Assembly (NCBI GenBank): GCA_902800305.1 | Contig: CADCDP010000009.1 | Coordinates: forward strand, 61,734-125,733 | From: an uncultured Bacteroidales bacterium | GTDB lineage: Bacteria > Bacteroidota > Bacteroidia > Bacteroidales > Bacteroidaceae | Direction of reading: 5' to 3' | DNA length: 64,000 bases | Part shown: positions 38,378 through 49,429 of the stretch, piece after piece | Layout: the number at the start of each line of letters is the position of its first letter | Numbering within the stretch: the stretch's first letter is position 1 | Translations under genes and position numbers: made by a program | The notes under the pieces: generated by a model | What the model was told of the DNA's origin: nothing | The model's input: only the letters and a program-made list of their open reading frames with translations | Database searches by the model: none

Positions 38378-39247
38378 ATGGAAGAAAATAACATCGGATC
38401 AGGACAGGACATTGTATCGGAGTTGGCAAATCTGGATTTCAACAAACTGGCCATGAGCGACATTATTGGTTACATCACCCAATTCGGGAAAAATGTGGTG
38501 ATTGCGCTTATCGTTTACTTCGTGGGACGATTGGTTATAAAATATACCGTCAAGGCGCTGAGAGCCATCACACAGAAGCGACAAGTGGAGGCTTCGCTCA
38601 CCTCGTTCCTGAACAGCCTCGTTTCTATCTCGCTCAACCTTTTGCTGGCCATCATCATCATTGGGATTTTGGGCATCGACACCAGTTCCTTCCTCGCAGT
38701 GTTCGCCTCAGCAGGTATCGCCGTAGGTATGGCACTCAGCGGCACCCTACAAAACTTCGCAGGAGGTGTGCTGATACTGATTCTCAAGCCTTACAAGGTG
38801 GGCGATTATATTGAAGCACAAGGATTTGGAGGAACAGTAAGAGAGATACAGATATTCAACACGGTGCTCACCACCCCCGACAACCAAACCATCATTATCC
38901 CCAACGGCCCTTTGGCAACAGGAAGCCTGAAAAACTCCACCAAAGCAACCACAAGGAGGGTGGACATCGATGTGGAAGTAGCTTACGGAACCAAGCCCGA
39001 CGATGTGCGTCAAGTGCTCATGGGCATCATCGATGCTGACGAGCGCATCCTCCGCGACAAAGAACTTGCCCCCATCATCCCCATGACCGCCATGTCCACC
39101 AGCAGCATCATCTTCCAGATGCGCTTTTGGGCAAAAGCATCCGACTATTGGGTTGTGAAATTCGACACCACAGAGAAAGTCTATAAGGAGCTGATGGCCA
39201 ATGGCATCGAAATACCTTTCCCACAAATGGATGTACACTTGAAGTGA
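38378..39247 (+). CDS. Small-conductance mechanosensitive channel (MscS family)
   Basis: 289 aa. Three TMs followed by GGVLILILKPYKVGDYIEAQGFGGTVREIQIFNTVLTTPDNQTIIIPNG. Confidence 0.85.
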   Translation: MEENNIGSGQDIVSELANLDFNKLAMSDIIGYITQFGKNVVIALIVYFVGRLVIKYTVKALRAITQKRQVEASLTSFLNSLVSISLNLLLAIIIIGILGIDTSSFLAVFASAGIAVGMALSGTLQNFAGGVLILILKPYKVGDYIEAQGFGGTVREIQIFNTVLTTPDNQTIIIPNGPLATGSLKNSTKATTRRVDIDVEVAYGTKPDDVRQVLMGIIDADERILRDKELAPIIPMTAMSTSSIIFQMRFWAKASDYWVVKFDTTEKVYKELMANGIEIPFPQMDVHLK

Positions 39248-39322
39248 TTTTCAATTTGACTATTTACAATTTACACACTCCAAAACTTCAATTTTTCAAT
39301 CTGTCAATCTTTCTTACACACC

Positions 39323-40024
39323 ATGATAAAAAACATTATCTTCGACCTCGGTGGTGTTCTTCTCGACATCGACCTCCCCTATTGCATGAAACAGGTGCAA
39401 TCACTTGGCATCAACCTCGATGACTTTTCAGCCAAGACAACAGCCACCACTCCCCCATCCTCGTCAAAACCAGCCGTGATGGGTGAAGGCATCATAGCCA
39501 ACGGCATCATCAACCTCTACCAAGTCGGAGCCATCACCACCGAAGTTTTTTTCAGCACCATCCAACAGCACTGCCGTCCTGGCACCACCCTCCAGCAAGT
39601 GCTTGATGCTTGGAACTCCTGCTGCATCGGCATTCCCCAATACCGTCTCGACAAAGTAATGGAACTCAAGCAAAAAGGCTACCACACCTACATGCTGTCT
39701 AACACCAACGATGCCCATTGGATAGACATCGTGAACCGCTGTTTCGGAGGTCAACAGCAAGTCAATCGCTACTTCGACCGCGTGTTCCTCTCCCAAGAGA
39801 TGCATCTGGCCAAACCCAACGATGACATCTACCTGGAGGTGCTACAGAAAATCCAAGCCCAACCCGACGAGTGCCTCTTCATCGATGATTCCACACCCAA
39901 CATCGAAGCCGCCCAAGCACTTGGATTCCACACCATCCATGCCAGTGTCTCCCTCACCCGAGAAGGCAAGGTCATAGATCCCCCTGAGAGCGACTGGACA
40001 ACCAGCATCGACGATATGCTGTGA
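39323..40024 (+). CDS. HAD-superfamily hydrolase
   Basis: 233 aa. Motif I IIFDLGGVLL, SNTN, and LFIDDS (motif IV). Confidence 0.8.
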   Translation: MIKNIIFDLGGVLLDIDLPYCMKQVQSLGINLDDFSAKTTATTPPSSSKPAVMGEGIIANGIINLYQVGAITTEVFFSTIQQHCRPGTTLQQVLDAWNSCCIGIPQYRLDKVMELKQKGYHTYMLSNTNDAHWIDIVNRCFGGQQQVNRYFDRVFLSQEMHLAKPNDDIYLEVLQKIQAQPDECLFIDDSTPNIEAAQALGFHTIHASVSLTREGKVIDPPESDWTTSIDDML

Positions 40025-40111
40025 ACGAATCAACAAGACGCAAGTGCTCCACCCCGATTCTTCGGAGTGGAGCACTTTTGTTGAGAGCTTATAGGTTGAG
40101 ACATGAGGGGA

Positions 40112-42199
40112 TTACTGCTCGAATGCAAGTTCTTCGCCCTGTGCCTTAACGGTGACGGTCTTCTCGTGGTCAATCTCACCGCTGATGATGCGCTTGGAGA
40201 GCTGGTTGAGCAGTTTGTCCTGAATGGCTCGCTTGACGGGACGGGCACCAAACTGTGGGTCGAATCCAGCCTTGGCGATGAGACGGATGGCTTCGTCGGT
40301 GACTTGGAGCGTGATGCCGTTGTTGGCCACCATCTTGACAACCTTATCGACTTGCAGACGCACAATCTGCTGGATTTCAGCCTCGTTGAGGGGCGAGAAG
40401 GTGATGATGTCGTCGATTCGGTTGAGGAACTCTGGACGGAAGATGCTGCGGAGCTGTTCACGCTGGGCGTTGCTGGTCATGATGATGATGGTGTTCTTGA
40501 AGTTCACCACTCGACCCTTGTTGTCAGTCAGACGACCATCATCGAGCACCTGAAGTAAGGTGTTGAAAACGTCGGGATGCGCTTTCTCAATCTCGTCGAA
40601 GAGCACAACGCTGTAAGGCTTGCGACGCACTGCCTCGGTGAGCTGTCCACCCTCTTCATAACCGATGTATCCTGGAGGCGCACCGATGAGTCGAGTGACG
40701 CTGAATTTCTCCTGATACTCGCTCATGTCGATGCGGGTCATCATGGTTTCGTCATCAAAGAGGTAGTCGGCGAGAGCCTTGGCAAGTTCGGTCTTGCCCA
40801 CACCTGTGGTGCCGAGGAAGATGAACGAGCCGATGGGTCGCTTGGGGTCTTGGAGTCCTGCACGACTACGGCGCACAGCATCGCTAACGGCACGGATGGC
40901 CTCGTCTTGACCGATGACACGCTTGTGCAGTTCTTCTTCGAGGTGGATGAGCTTGGTGCGTTCGGAGGTCTGCATCTTGCTCACAGGGATGCCTGTCCAG
41001 CGGCTCACCACATCAGCGATGTCTTCACTCTCGACCTCTTCCTTCACGAGGGCTGCCCCACCCTGCGCTTCAGCCAACTTCGCCTGCACAGCCTTGATGT
41101 CTTCTTCAAGGTGTTGAAGCTTACCGTAGCGGATTTCGGCCACACGTCCGTAGTTGCCTTCACGCTCAGCCTTGTCAGCTTCAAACTTCAGTTGCTCGAT
41201 TTGCTGCTTATCGCTCTGGATTTGGTTGAGCAAAGCCTTCTCACCTTCCCACTTGGCACGCTGCTTCTGTTCATCAGCACGGAGGGTGTCGATGATTTTG
41301 TTGAGTTCGGCAAGCTTCTCCTTGTCACCCTCACGCTTGATGGCCTCACGTTCAATCTCCATCTGCTTCAGACGGCGGCTGAGTTCGTCAATCTCTTCAG
41401 GCACAGAGTCACGCTCCATACGGAGTTTGGCGGCGGCTTCATCCATCAAGTCGATGGCCTTGTCGGGCAAGAAACGGTCGGTGATGTAACGGTTGGAGAG
41501 TTCGACGGCAGCGATGATGGCTTCGTCCTTGATACGCACCTTGTGGTGGTTCTCGTAGCGTTCCTTCAAACCTCGCAGGATGGAAATGGACGACGGCACA
41601 TCTGGCTCATCCACCATGACCGTCTGGAAACGACGTTCGAGTGCCTTGTCCTTCTCGAAATACTTCTGGTATTCGTCGAGGGTGGTGGCACCGATGGAAC
41701 GAAGTTCGCCACGTGCCAAAGCTGGCTTCAAGATGTTGGCAGCATCCATCGCACCGCTCGTCTGACCAGCACCCACAAGGGTATGGATTTCGTCGATAAA
41801 GAGGATAATTTGCCCTTGGCTCTCCACGACAGCCTTAACGACGGCTTTGAGTCGCTCCTCAAATTCACCTTGATACTTAGCTCCTGCGATGAGGGCACCC
41901 ATATCGAGGGAGTAGAGCTGCTTGTCCTTGAGGTTTTCGGGCACATCTCCTCGGACGATACGACGTGCAAGACCTTCGACAATGGCGGTCTTACCCGTAC
42001 CTGGTTCGCCGATGAGGATAGGGTTGTTTTTGGTACGACGACTGAGAATCTGGAGGATGCGACGGATTTCTTCGTCACGGCCGATGACAGGGTCAAGCTT
42101 ACCATTCTTCGCCCTCTCTACGAGGTTCGTTGCATATCGTTCAAGAACCTCCTTGCCAGTCGGCTGCTGGTTTTGATTGTTCTGATAATTATTGTTCAT
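40112..42199 (-). CDS. ClpB-type AAA+ disaggregase lacking the N-terminal domain
   Basis: 695 aa. It begins at the equivalent of the ClpB NTD-NBD1 linker ([29 protein letters not shown]). Two Walker A motifs (GEPGTGKT and GTTGVGKT) and a coiled-coil M-domain are present. Confidence 0.85.
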   Translation of the reverse strand: MNNNYQNNQNQQPTGKEVLERYATNLVERAKNGKLDPVIGRDEEIRRILQILSRRTKNNPILIGEPGTGKTAIVEGLARRIVRGDVPENLKDKQLYSLDMGALIAGAKYQGEFEERLKAVVKAVVESQGQIILFIDEIHTLVGAGQTSGAMDAANILKPALARGELRSIGATTLDEYQKYFEKDKALERRFQTVMVDEPDVPSSISILRGLKERYENHHKVRIKDEAIIAAVELSNRYITDRFLPDKAIDLMDEAAAKLRMERDSVPEEIDELSRRLKQMEIEREAIKREGDKEKLAELNKIIDTLRADEQKQRAKWEGEKALLNQIQSDKQQIEQLKFEADKAEREGNYGRVAEIRYGKLQHLEEDIKAVQAKLAEAQGGAALVKEEVESEDIADVVSRWTGIPVSKMQTSERTKLIHLEEELHKRVIGQDEAIRAVSDAVRRSRAGLQDPKRPIGSFIFLGTTGVGKTELAKALADYLFDDETMMTRIDMSEYQEKFSVTRLIGAPPGYIGYEEGGQLTEAVRRKPYSVVLFDEIEKAHPDVFNTLLQVLDDGRLTDNKGRVVNFKNTIIIMTSNAQREQLRSIFRPEFLNRIDDIITFSPLNEAEIQQIVRLQVDKVVKMVANNGITLQVTDEAIRLIAKAGFDPQFGARPVKRAIQDKLLNQLSKRIISGEIDHEKTVTVKAQGEELAFEQ

Positions 42200-42246
42200 A
42201 GTTGTAGTGGTTTTAGTTTGTTTCTCACCAAAACCTCCAGCAACTC

Positions 42247-43608
42247 TTATTCCACAGACCCTTCTTCTGCCGAATTGTCCGATTCTTCTTCGTTTTCGCT
42301 GACATCTTGTCCGATTCCACGGATTCTTTGGATGGCTGTGTATAGCAATATTTCATTTACCGTACCATACCCACCAAGGTAGAGGTACTCAAGCTCCTTG
42401 AGTGTTTCGGTGGGGGTGATGCTGCCATAATCGTAGTCGCCATTGCCATCTGCCACGTAAGCGACGACGGGATAGAGATGTACATAATACTGATACCCCA
42501 CCTCTTCGGTCATCACGTTCTGCCCTTGGGTGGCTTCACCCAACAGATAGACATTCTCTGCGCCCATCGTATGCTGGAGGGAATGGATGAGCCACTCGGC
42601 AGCACCTTGTGTATAGCTTCCCGTGATAATGTAGAGGCGACTTAAACCCAAGTTACCTAACGAGGTATCGTAAGACAAGGTGATATTTTCCGAAGTATGG
42701 TTCTCGTTCCTGTACGTCTTCACGAATGTCTCGCCAAGATATTGGGGAGCAACCACATAGCTGGCCAATCTTTGAGCCATGTCAAGTGTGCCGTAGTTGC
42801 AAAGACGGAGGTCGAGCACAAACTCAGTCACCCCACTTTGCTTCATCTTCTGCATGATTTGGTCGAGCTTGTCACGATAAGTCGTGTCGCTGGTGCGCCC
42901 TGTTCCCTTTTCCTCCGGATAGGCCAACAGGCGTGTACACATAAGATAACCCACTCTTACACCCTCCACATCGAGGATGGAAGAAACAGGGAAAGCATCG
43001 TCCTCCACGTAGGTGGATGCACTCATCGAAAGGGTGGTTGTATCGCTCCAATAAAATACACCTTCGTCATCTACTTCCAAATGGCGCACTTCCAACGAAC
43101 GCGCCACCCCTTTCTGGAGTTTCGACACATTATTGCTGGTGATTTTGTAGGAGTCATACGAACAAATATAGTCGTTACGTTTTAACCCAGCTTGTTCGGC
43201 AGGGCTTCCTGGATAGACCGTCAGCACACGCAAGACAGACTTGGTCGTCTGCCCTGTTGGGTCGGTCATCAGCTTAAAATCGTAACCGTAAGTGTTGATG
43301 TGGTTGAAGTAGCCACGTTCATGGCTGTCAGAAGCAATGGTGTCCACTTCCACATACGACCAAGAATCGGATTGGCCTGTCTTCGAGGTTAAAGTGGAAA
43401 GGAACTCCGATGGCTTGGCAAAAAAGCTCTTCCATGTAGGTTCATACGATGCCAGCGTGTCTGCCCAAAGATACTGGTCGAGCATCACTTCCAACATCCA
43501 TTGATTGTGCTGGGTCTTTTCTTCATACTCGTATGTACGGTCTTCTCCGCATGAGTAAATAGTAAGTAACGATAAAAAGATACCTATATAAGCTATAACC
43601 TTATTCAT
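42247..43608 (-). CDS. Lipoprotein with a PDZ domain and an S41 (C-terminal processing peptidase)-like region
   Basis: 453 aa. Lipobox LLTIYSCGE and PDZ-like [18 protein letters not shown]. The S41-like block [20 protein letters not shown] is divergent. Confidence 0.55.
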   Translation of the reverse strand: MNKVIAYIGIFLSLLTIYSCGEDRTYEYEEKTQHNQWMLEVMLDQYLWADTLASYEPTWKSFFAKPSEFLSTLTSKTGQSDSWSYVEVDTIASDSHERGYFNHINTYGYDFKLMTDPTGQTTKSVLRVLTVYPGSPAEQAGLKRNDYICSYDSYKITSNNVSKLQKGVARSLEVRHLEVDDEGVFYWSDTTTLSMSASTYVEDDAFPVSSILDVEGVRVGYLMCTRLLAYPEEKGTGRTSDTTYRDKLDQIMQKMKQSGVTEFVLDLRLCNYGTLDMAQRLASYVVAPQYLGETFVKTYRNENHTSENITLSYDTSLGNLGLSRLYIITGSYTQGAAEWLIHSLQHTMGAENVYLLGEATQGQNVMTEEVGYQYYVHLYPVVAYVADGNGDYDYGSITPTETLKELEYLYLGGYGTVNEILLYTAIQRIRGIGQDVSENEEESDNSAEEGSVE

Positions 43609-45755
43609 TCACCTTCTGTAGTTTTTTCCTCTTTTTCAACAGGCAGAGTCAGGATGAAACATGCTCCCTTCGTGTAACTGGTGTCGAGCACAACATCGCC
43701 TCCCAAACGGCGAGCCAAGCCTCTTGCAACCGTCAAGCCGATGCCTGTTCCATCATAATATTCGTCTAATTGTACAAATTTCTCAAACACATGCTCGGCT
43801 TCTTCCGGAGGAATGCCAACACCCGTATCTTCCACCACGTAGGCGATAGAATTCTCCCACAAACACATCTTCAGATTCACGTGTTGTTTGTCCGTCACCT
43901 CCACCTCTCCCGTGGCTTCAGCCGGACGGGTAAACTTGCAGGCATTTTCAAGCAAAAGCGTCAAAATACGTACTGCATGGCGTTGGCTGGTGAGCAACAT
44001 GGCGAAGTCAGCCCCTTCTGCCTGCAAAAAGTCGAACGTAAGATGATTCGCTTCCAAAATACGGGACTCCTCAATGGCCGCCATCGCAATATCGCCAGCA
44101 GCAACCTGTTCCGTTCGTTCGATGACAGTTTGGCTACTGGCATCACTCAGTTCCAGCATCTTGTTCACCAATCCCGTGATACGATCGGTGTTTTTGATGA
44201 TGTCTCTACTGATTTCTACTTTTTCTTCATCCGTCAGTTCCATTCCTGGTGTGGTCACAATTTGGGTAAAGCCCGACAAGATGTTCAGCGGTGTTCGTAT
44301 CTCATGCGACATCTGTTCTATAAAATCCGTCTTCATCCTCGACGACTCTTCGGCACGCTCATTGGCCACCAACAAGTCGGCATTCTTTTGTGCCAACTGC
44401 TTATTGAGCTTCTCCAGATTTCGGTTGGCATTCTCCAGCAAATCATGCGCTTGGCGCAATTTCTTATGTTCCATATTCAAGCGCCGCGTTGCATGGTAAC
44501 GATAAACTGAATAGACAGCCAAGAAAATCAACACCAATGCCACTATGACAACGGTTGTAACCAGACGATGCCGCGAAAGTTTTGCATTTTGCTCTGCTAT
44601 CTTCGCCTCCTTTTCCTGAGTCTCATAGATGGTGGCCAACTCCGCCGAATCGTTTTTTCGCTGCCACACAATGGCAGAATCCAAGGCTTCGCAAATACGC
44701 TGACCCACCACAACAGCATCGTCCAACCGCCTCAACATCAGAAAAGTACGGAACTGCGGAGTAAGCATCAATTGTATATTGTCTAAGGTCAACGGGACAC
44801 CTCGTTGCTGCATCAGCGAATCAAGTGCCACGTATGTTTCAGCAGCATCTTCCCAACGTCCGACAGCCTCCAGATAGCTGCCAGCATCAATATTTCCGTC
44901 GGGAGTACGCCCATAGTGGGTGGACATAGCCCTTTCATACGACTCCTTTGCCTCCGACAAACGCCCCATGTGTGCCAAAGCATCGGCTTTCATGAAACTT
45001 ACCCTACTTCGAGCCATGTCTAAGAATACCGTATCCACTCGTTCACAAATGGGGTCTTCCAACAACTGCTCCATTTCCTCTATCCACGGCATAGCCCTCT
45101 CATATTGATACTCATTCATATAGGCTATCGTCGCATTAATGATATAACGCATCATCGACCTTGTTTCCTGTCCCGTTGTGTCTGGCTCAGTCAACAATCG
45201 CTGCATCTGAATACTCTGCGTCAAATTTTTCTCACCCTCATCAAATCTACCCATTTCCACTTCACATTGTCCTATGGTATTCAAAAGTGCAGCTACCTCG
45301 GTCTTATCCATATCCTCCATGCGCTCCTTCGCCACAGCGTATGCACGAGTCGCAATGTCGATGGCCTCATCATACTCCTGCCTTGGCAACAACAATCCCG
45401 ATGCCACCATGCTTGACATGTTCACAAATGTACGTGGATTTTCCTCTAACAATGTATTATCGGCAACGGCTTTCTTAAAATAATATTCTGATGTACGGAA
45501 TTGTTTATCGATATAATATACAGAACCACGCATACCGTTCGCCATCGCATCCGATATAAAGCCCACGTCCTCCAAACTGTCCACCACCTTCAATGCACCT
45601 TCTGGGTCTCCGTTCCTCGACAATTCACGCACACGATGGTTGAATTCATCCAACTGTGTAGTTTGGTTCTCCCCTTTCTTATCATCACAAGCTACACAGA
45701 GAAGAAGTGCAAACATCGTCGCAATAAAAGCCAATATATATTGTTTACTTTTCAT
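43605..45755 (-). CDS. TPR-containing sensor histidine kinase
   Basis: Start moved to MKSKQYILAFIATMFALLLCVAC (45755), with a TATCTTTG box at 45777-45784. H-box FIEQMSHEIRTPLN, and an HATPase region EDTGVGIP...GTGIGL. Confidence 0.8.
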   Translation of the reverse strand: MKSKQYILAFIATMFALLLCVACDDKKGENQTTQLDEFNHRVRELSRNGDPEGALKVVDSLEDVGFISDAMANGMRGSVYYIDKQFRTSEYYFKKAVADNTLLEENPRTFVNMSSMVASGLLLPRQEYDEAIDIATRAYAVAKERMEDMDKTEVAALLNTIGQCEVEMGRFDEGEKNLTQSIQMQRLLTEPDTTGQETRSMMRYIINATIAYMNEYQYERAMPWIEEMEQLLEDPICERVDTVFLDMARSRVSFMKADALAHMGRLSEAKESYERAMSTHYGRTPDGNIDAGSYLEAVGRWEDAAETYVALDSLMQQRGVPLTLDNIQLMLTPQFRTFLMLRRLDDAVVVGQRICEALDSAIVWQRKNDSAELATIYETQEKEAKIAEQNAKLSRHRLVTTVVIVALVLIFLAVYSVYRYHATRRLNMEHKKLRQAHDLLENANRNLEKLNKQLAQKNADLLVANERAEESSRMKTDFIEQMSHEIRTPLNILSGFTQIVTTPGMELTDEEKVEISRDIIKNTDRITGLVNKMLELSDASSQTVIERTEQVAAGDIAMAAIEESRILEANHLTFDFLQAEGADFAMLLTSQRHAVRILTLLLENACKFTRPAEATGEVEVTDKQHVNLKMCLWENSIAYVVEDTGVGIPPEEAEHVFEKFVQLDEYYDGTGIGLTVARGLARRLGGDVVLDTSYTKGACFILTLPVEKEEKTTEGE

Positions 45756-45776
45756 CTTTTGTATCTGTAATAGTTG

Positions 45777-45784
45777 CAAAGATA
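45777..45784 (-). promoter_or_regulatory. -7 box TATCTTTG (minus strand) for the histidine kinase operon
   Basis: Plus-strand caaagata, about 22 nt upstream of the ATG at 45755. Confidence 0.5.
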
Positions 45785-45912
45785 CACTTTTTATTTGCAA
45801 CTTTGATGATTTATAATTTACAAATTTACCTCTAAAGACAAAAAAAATAGAAAAAAACATTCTATGAGGTAAAATTGCCAATCTCAAATCGACAATTTGA
45901 CACGAAAATCGT

Positions 45913-45920
45913 TACCTTTG
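45913..45920 (+). promoter_or_regulatory. -7 box TACCTTTG
   Basis: About 62 nt upstream of the ATG at 45982. Confidence 0.45.
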
Positions 45921-45981
45921 CAACCGTTATCGCCATGAAGCGACAACTCTATTTGTTAAACATTAAAAAGTAAAAGCAAAA

Positions 45982-46557
45982 ATGAAAAAGATTTTCTTTG
46001 CTGTGATGGCTGTAGCTGCCATCACTTTCTCAGCCTGCAACAATGGCACGGCTAAGAGCGACTCTGTGAATGACTCTATCCCCGCAGACTCTGTGGTGAC
46101 CATTGAAGAACCTATTGCCAATGTTGACGAAACCATCAGCGCACTTACTGCTGCTCTCGAATCAGCTGACGCCGAACAGGCTCAGTCACTCCTTCAGAAG
46201 GCACAAGAATACATCGCCAAACTTCAGGCAGAAGGCAAACTCGAAGAGTACAAGGCATACGTAGCCAAGATTAAGGAGTTTGTTGTAGCCAACGAAGAGA
46301 AGATTTCCTCTCTTTCTGGTGGCAACCAGACCGTTGCAAACCTCGTATCTGCTGTGAAAGCTATCCCTGCCGATGTGGCTGATGCCGCTACCGATGCTGC
46401 CGACAACGTGAAGAATGCTGCCAACGAAGCTGTGAACGATGCCAAGGAGAAAGCTAACGAGGCTGCCGCAGCCGCTCAAGAGAAGGCTAAGGAAGAAGCT
46501 GGAAAGGCTGTTGACAATGCTGCCAACGCTGTGAAAGGCAAACTCGGCATCAAATAA
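45982..46557 (+). CDS. Ala/Glu/Lys-rich helical lipoprotein, function unknown
   Basis: 191 aa. Lipobox AITFSACNN. Compositionally biased and predicted helical. Confidence 0.6.
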   Translation: MKKIFFAVMAVAAITFSACNNGTAKSDSVNDSIPADSVVTIEEPIANVDETISALTAALESADAEQAQSLLQKAQEYIAKLQAEGKLEEYKAYVAKIKEFVVANEEKISSLSGGNQTVANLVSAVKAIPADVADAATDAADNVKNAANEAVNDAKEKANEAAAAAQEKAKEEAGKAVDNAANAVKGKLGIK

Positions 46558-46597
46558 CATCCACATAAAGGCATACCACTCATCGGTACGCTCGTCA

Positions 46598-46680
46598 CCT
46601 CTTAATCGCACCCGTCGGGTACGCCATGCCGCACCCGACGGGTGCGATGCGTCGGACCCGACGGGTGCGATTAAGAGGTA
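46598..46680. repeat. REP-like palindromic element, copy 2
   Basis: acctcttaatcgcacccgtcgggtacg..gccgcacccgacgggtgcg..cggacccgacgggtgcgattaagaggt. The outer arms are mutually complementary. It sits between convergent gene ends. Confidence 0.8.
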
Positions 46681-46755
46681 CACGGCTCTCGTAATATAAC
46701 AAGACCAGCCTTCGAAATGAAAGACTGGCCTTGTTCGAGAAATGTGTTCGCGACT

Positions 46756-48096
46756 TTACTCTTTCTGGGCTTCTATCTTCACACAAGCGGTGACAGCGAA
46801 AGTCACTAAACAGAATGCCATAACAAGCCAGAAAAAGTTTTGGTAGCCGATATTCTCGGAAATCAAACCGGACACCATGCCAGGGAGCATCACACCGCCA
46901 AAATACTGACCAGCGGTGCAGATAGAGAAGACAGCGGTGGAACGTTCACCCCGAGAGAAATGAACAAGGAAGAGGGTGTAGGCAGCGAAGCCAAGTCCGT
47001 AGCCAATTTGCTCGATGCAGACACAGGTGCCAATAAGCCACACTTGGTCGGTGGGGACGTAACTGAGATAGACATAGACGATGTCGGGCAGCGTGATACA
47101 GAGCACCAAGGGCCAGAGGCATTTCTTCAATCCCCATTTCGACACAGCCCATCCTCCCACGATGCCACCCAGCAACAAGCCAATGACACCGAGCGTGCCA
47201 TAGATGAAACCAAAATCCACGTCACTCATAGCAAGACCACCTTCAGCTGTACTGCGAGTAAGGAAAAGTGGCACAATCTTGGTCAGGAGTCCCTCGGGCA
47301 GACGGAACAGGAGGATGAAGCAGAGGGCTGAAATGAGGTGTGGCTTGTCGACGAACACATTCAAGGTACGTTCAAACTCACGCAGCTGCTCCTTAAAATT
47401 GAAACGGTCATGCACCGCCGTCTCCACCTTGGGCAGAATGAAAGCATGATACAAGCCCAAGAGGAACATCAGGATGCCGAGGATGAGGAATACCACTATC
47501 CAAGAGATGGAGATAGGTGAAAAATGGAAAGATTCTAAAATTGAAAAACGATAAGGGGAAAGTGAAAATGAAAAATCCGAGTTACCTGACTCCTTTGCCC
47601 ATGTTTGCAAGTAGCCAGCAAGGAGCACGAGTCCTCCCTGTCCGATGACCATGCCGATGCGGTAGAACGTGTTACGTACACCGACATAGAGTTCCTGCTC
47701 TTTGTCAGGAAGTCCAATGATGTAGAAGCCATCGGCAGAGATGTCGTGAGTGGCACTGGCAAAGGCAATGAGCATGAAGATGGCGAAAGAGCCTTGTAGC
47801 CAGAAATTAGTAGGCAAGGTGAATGCCACCAATGCCAAAGCAATGCCCATGAGGAACTGCATGGACACAATCCACCAGCGTTTCGTCTTCAGATTGTCGA
47901 TAATAGGACTCCAGATGGGCTTGATGACCCACGGAAGACCGAGCCAACCCGTGTAAAGCGTTATCTGTCCGTCCCTCAACCCCATTTCTTTGAACATAAT
48001 GACGGAGATGAGCATCACCGCCGAAAATGGCAACGCTTCACCCAGATAGAGACTGGGCACCCAAGCGTATGGCCTTGATTCATTGATTGTTTTCAT
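46756..48096 (-). CDS. AmpG-family MFS permease (muropeptide-transporter family)
   Basis: 446 aa with about 12-14 TMs. The N-terminal LGLPWVIKPIWSPIIDN matches the AmpG-family signature as I recall it. Confidence 0.75.
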   Translation of the reverse strand: MKTINESRPYAWVPSLYLGEALPFSAVMLISVIMFKEMGLRDGQITLYTGWLGLPWVIKPIWSPIIDNLKTKRWWIVSMQFLMGIALALVAFTLPTNFWLQGSFAIFMLIAFASATHDISADGFYIIGLPDKEQELYVGVRNTFYRIGMVIGQGGLVLLAGYLQTWAKESGNSDFSFSLSPYRFSILESFHFSPISISWIVVFLILGILMFLLGLYHAFILPKVETAVHDRFNFKEQLREFERTLNVFVDKPHLISALCFILLFRLPEGLLTKIVPLFLTRSTAEGGLAMSDVDFGFIYGTLGVIGLLLGGIVGGWAVSKWGLKKCLWPLVLCITLPDIVYVYLSYVPTDQVWLIGTCVCIEQIGYGLGFAAYTLFLVHFSRGERSTAVFSICTAGQYFGGVMLPGMVSGLISENIGYQNFFWLVMAFCLVTFAVTACVKIEAQKE

Positions 48097-49378
48097 ATAT
48101 TGTTAAAATTTTTTTCATTCCACAAAGCTTCACGATAACCCAAGATACAGGAGCCATCGCAACGCACACGCTGAAGAAGCACGAATAACCCAACAACGTG
48201 GAGAGCCATCCCGACAACATCATCGGGACAAACATCGCACTTGCCACTAAAGGCACATAAAGGTAATTGATGGTATTGCGGTATCTGCCGCCTGAAGTGT
48301 AACGCACAAAAGCACCACAGACGTTAAGTCCTATTCCAAAAAGAATCTGGGCAAAGAATGTCATACAACAAAGCAAGAAAAGGTCGTCTGGCTGTGGAAC
48401 GTGCGACATCAGCATATACGAAAGAGGGGACAGGGTTAGTGCCGTAACCATTCCCCAAAACATCTTGCGAACCCCATAGCGGTTCATCCAAAAACGCCCC
48501 ACCCCAAGACCTACGGAAAAAGCAATGACACCCACGGTGCCTTGAGCAAAGCCCACCTCTTGCACCGAACAATCCAAGCCACCTTCGTCAACCGAAGCTA
48601 ACAGAAAAAAAACACGCGTGTTGAACATCAAGGCTTGCGGCAACAACAAGAAGAACAGGCTGAGCAACAGCTTTACCACATGTGGTTTCTGCCGAATGCG
48701 TTCCACCACACGCCACTCGTGCTGCACAGCACCAGCAAACGTTTCTCGCCGATAATGACCATGATGCCGAAATGTCTGCACCACGACCACATTCAACACA
48801 CAGAACACCAAAAAGCCTCCTGCCACAAGAGAACTTTCCATGGCCCACGCTTTCTGGTAGCTGCGGAAGAAGACCTCAAAGAAACCTGCCACGATAATGA
48901 GCAAGCCATAGGTCATCACCAAGGAGACCTGAGAGGCAATCATCTTGGTGTTGCCATAGACGCGCTGCTCACGCGGTGTCAACATTCTATTATAATATAA
49001 ACGGGAAAGAAGTTCGTGCCATGCACATAGGAACGAAAGCACAAACATAAAAAGGAATAGCACCCACGCCTCCACCCTATAATCGTTCAGATAGATGGCA
49101 ATGAGCATCAAGCAGGCAAACATCAGCAGTTCCACCAAATGAATGCGCCGCTTGAACGCTTGGGGCTTCATCATATTCACCTTTGTATAGAAATAGGACT
49201 TCAAGACCCAAGGCAAAAAAAGCAATCCACTAAAGAGAGATGCCATGGTCTCGTCTGCTCCGAACTGCAGGAACATGAGTAGTGCTACAAACACTACCAC
49301 TGCGGAAGGTATCTCTTCTGCCGCAAACAGGCATGGAATCCAAAGCCAAGGGCTAAATCTCTTTCTCACAGAAATCAT
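48080..49378 (-). CDS. Second, divergent AmpG-like MFS permease
   Basis: 432 aa and multi-TM. LLFLPWVLKSYF is in the equivalent position. It overlaps the downstream paralog by 17 nt. Confidence 0.65.
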   Translation of the reverse strand: MISVRKRFSPWLWIPCLFAAEEIPSAVVVFVALLMFLQFGADETMASLFSGLLFLPWVLKSYFYTKVNMMKPQAFKRRIHLVELLMFACLMLIAIYLNDYRVEAWVLFLFMFVLSFLCAWHELLSRLYYNRMLTPREQRVYGNTKMIASQVSLVMTYGLLIIVAGFFEVFFRSYQKAWAMESSLVAGGFLVFCVLNVVVVQTFRHHGHYRRETFAGAVQHEWRVVERIRQKPHVVKLLLSLFFLLLPQALMFNTRVFFLLASVDEGGLDCSVQEVGFAQGTVGVIAFSVGLGVGRFWMNRYGVRKMFWGMVTALTLSPLSYMLMSHVPQPDDLFLLCCMTFFAQILFGIGLNVCGAFVRYTSGGRYRNTINYLYVPLVASAMFVPMMLSGWLSTLLGYSCFFSVCVAMAPVSWVIVKLCGMKKILTIYENNQ

Positions 49379-49429
49379 GGAAGTGCAGTTTTCATTAACA
49401 TTCTATCATCCTATCATGAGTTTTCCATC

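Noticed and set aside
40112-42199. ClpB-like gene as a truncated pseudogene
   Set aside because: The ORF is intact with both AAA+ modules and starts cleanly at the linker. The upstream intergenic region is only 47 nt, with no N-domain remnant in any frame.
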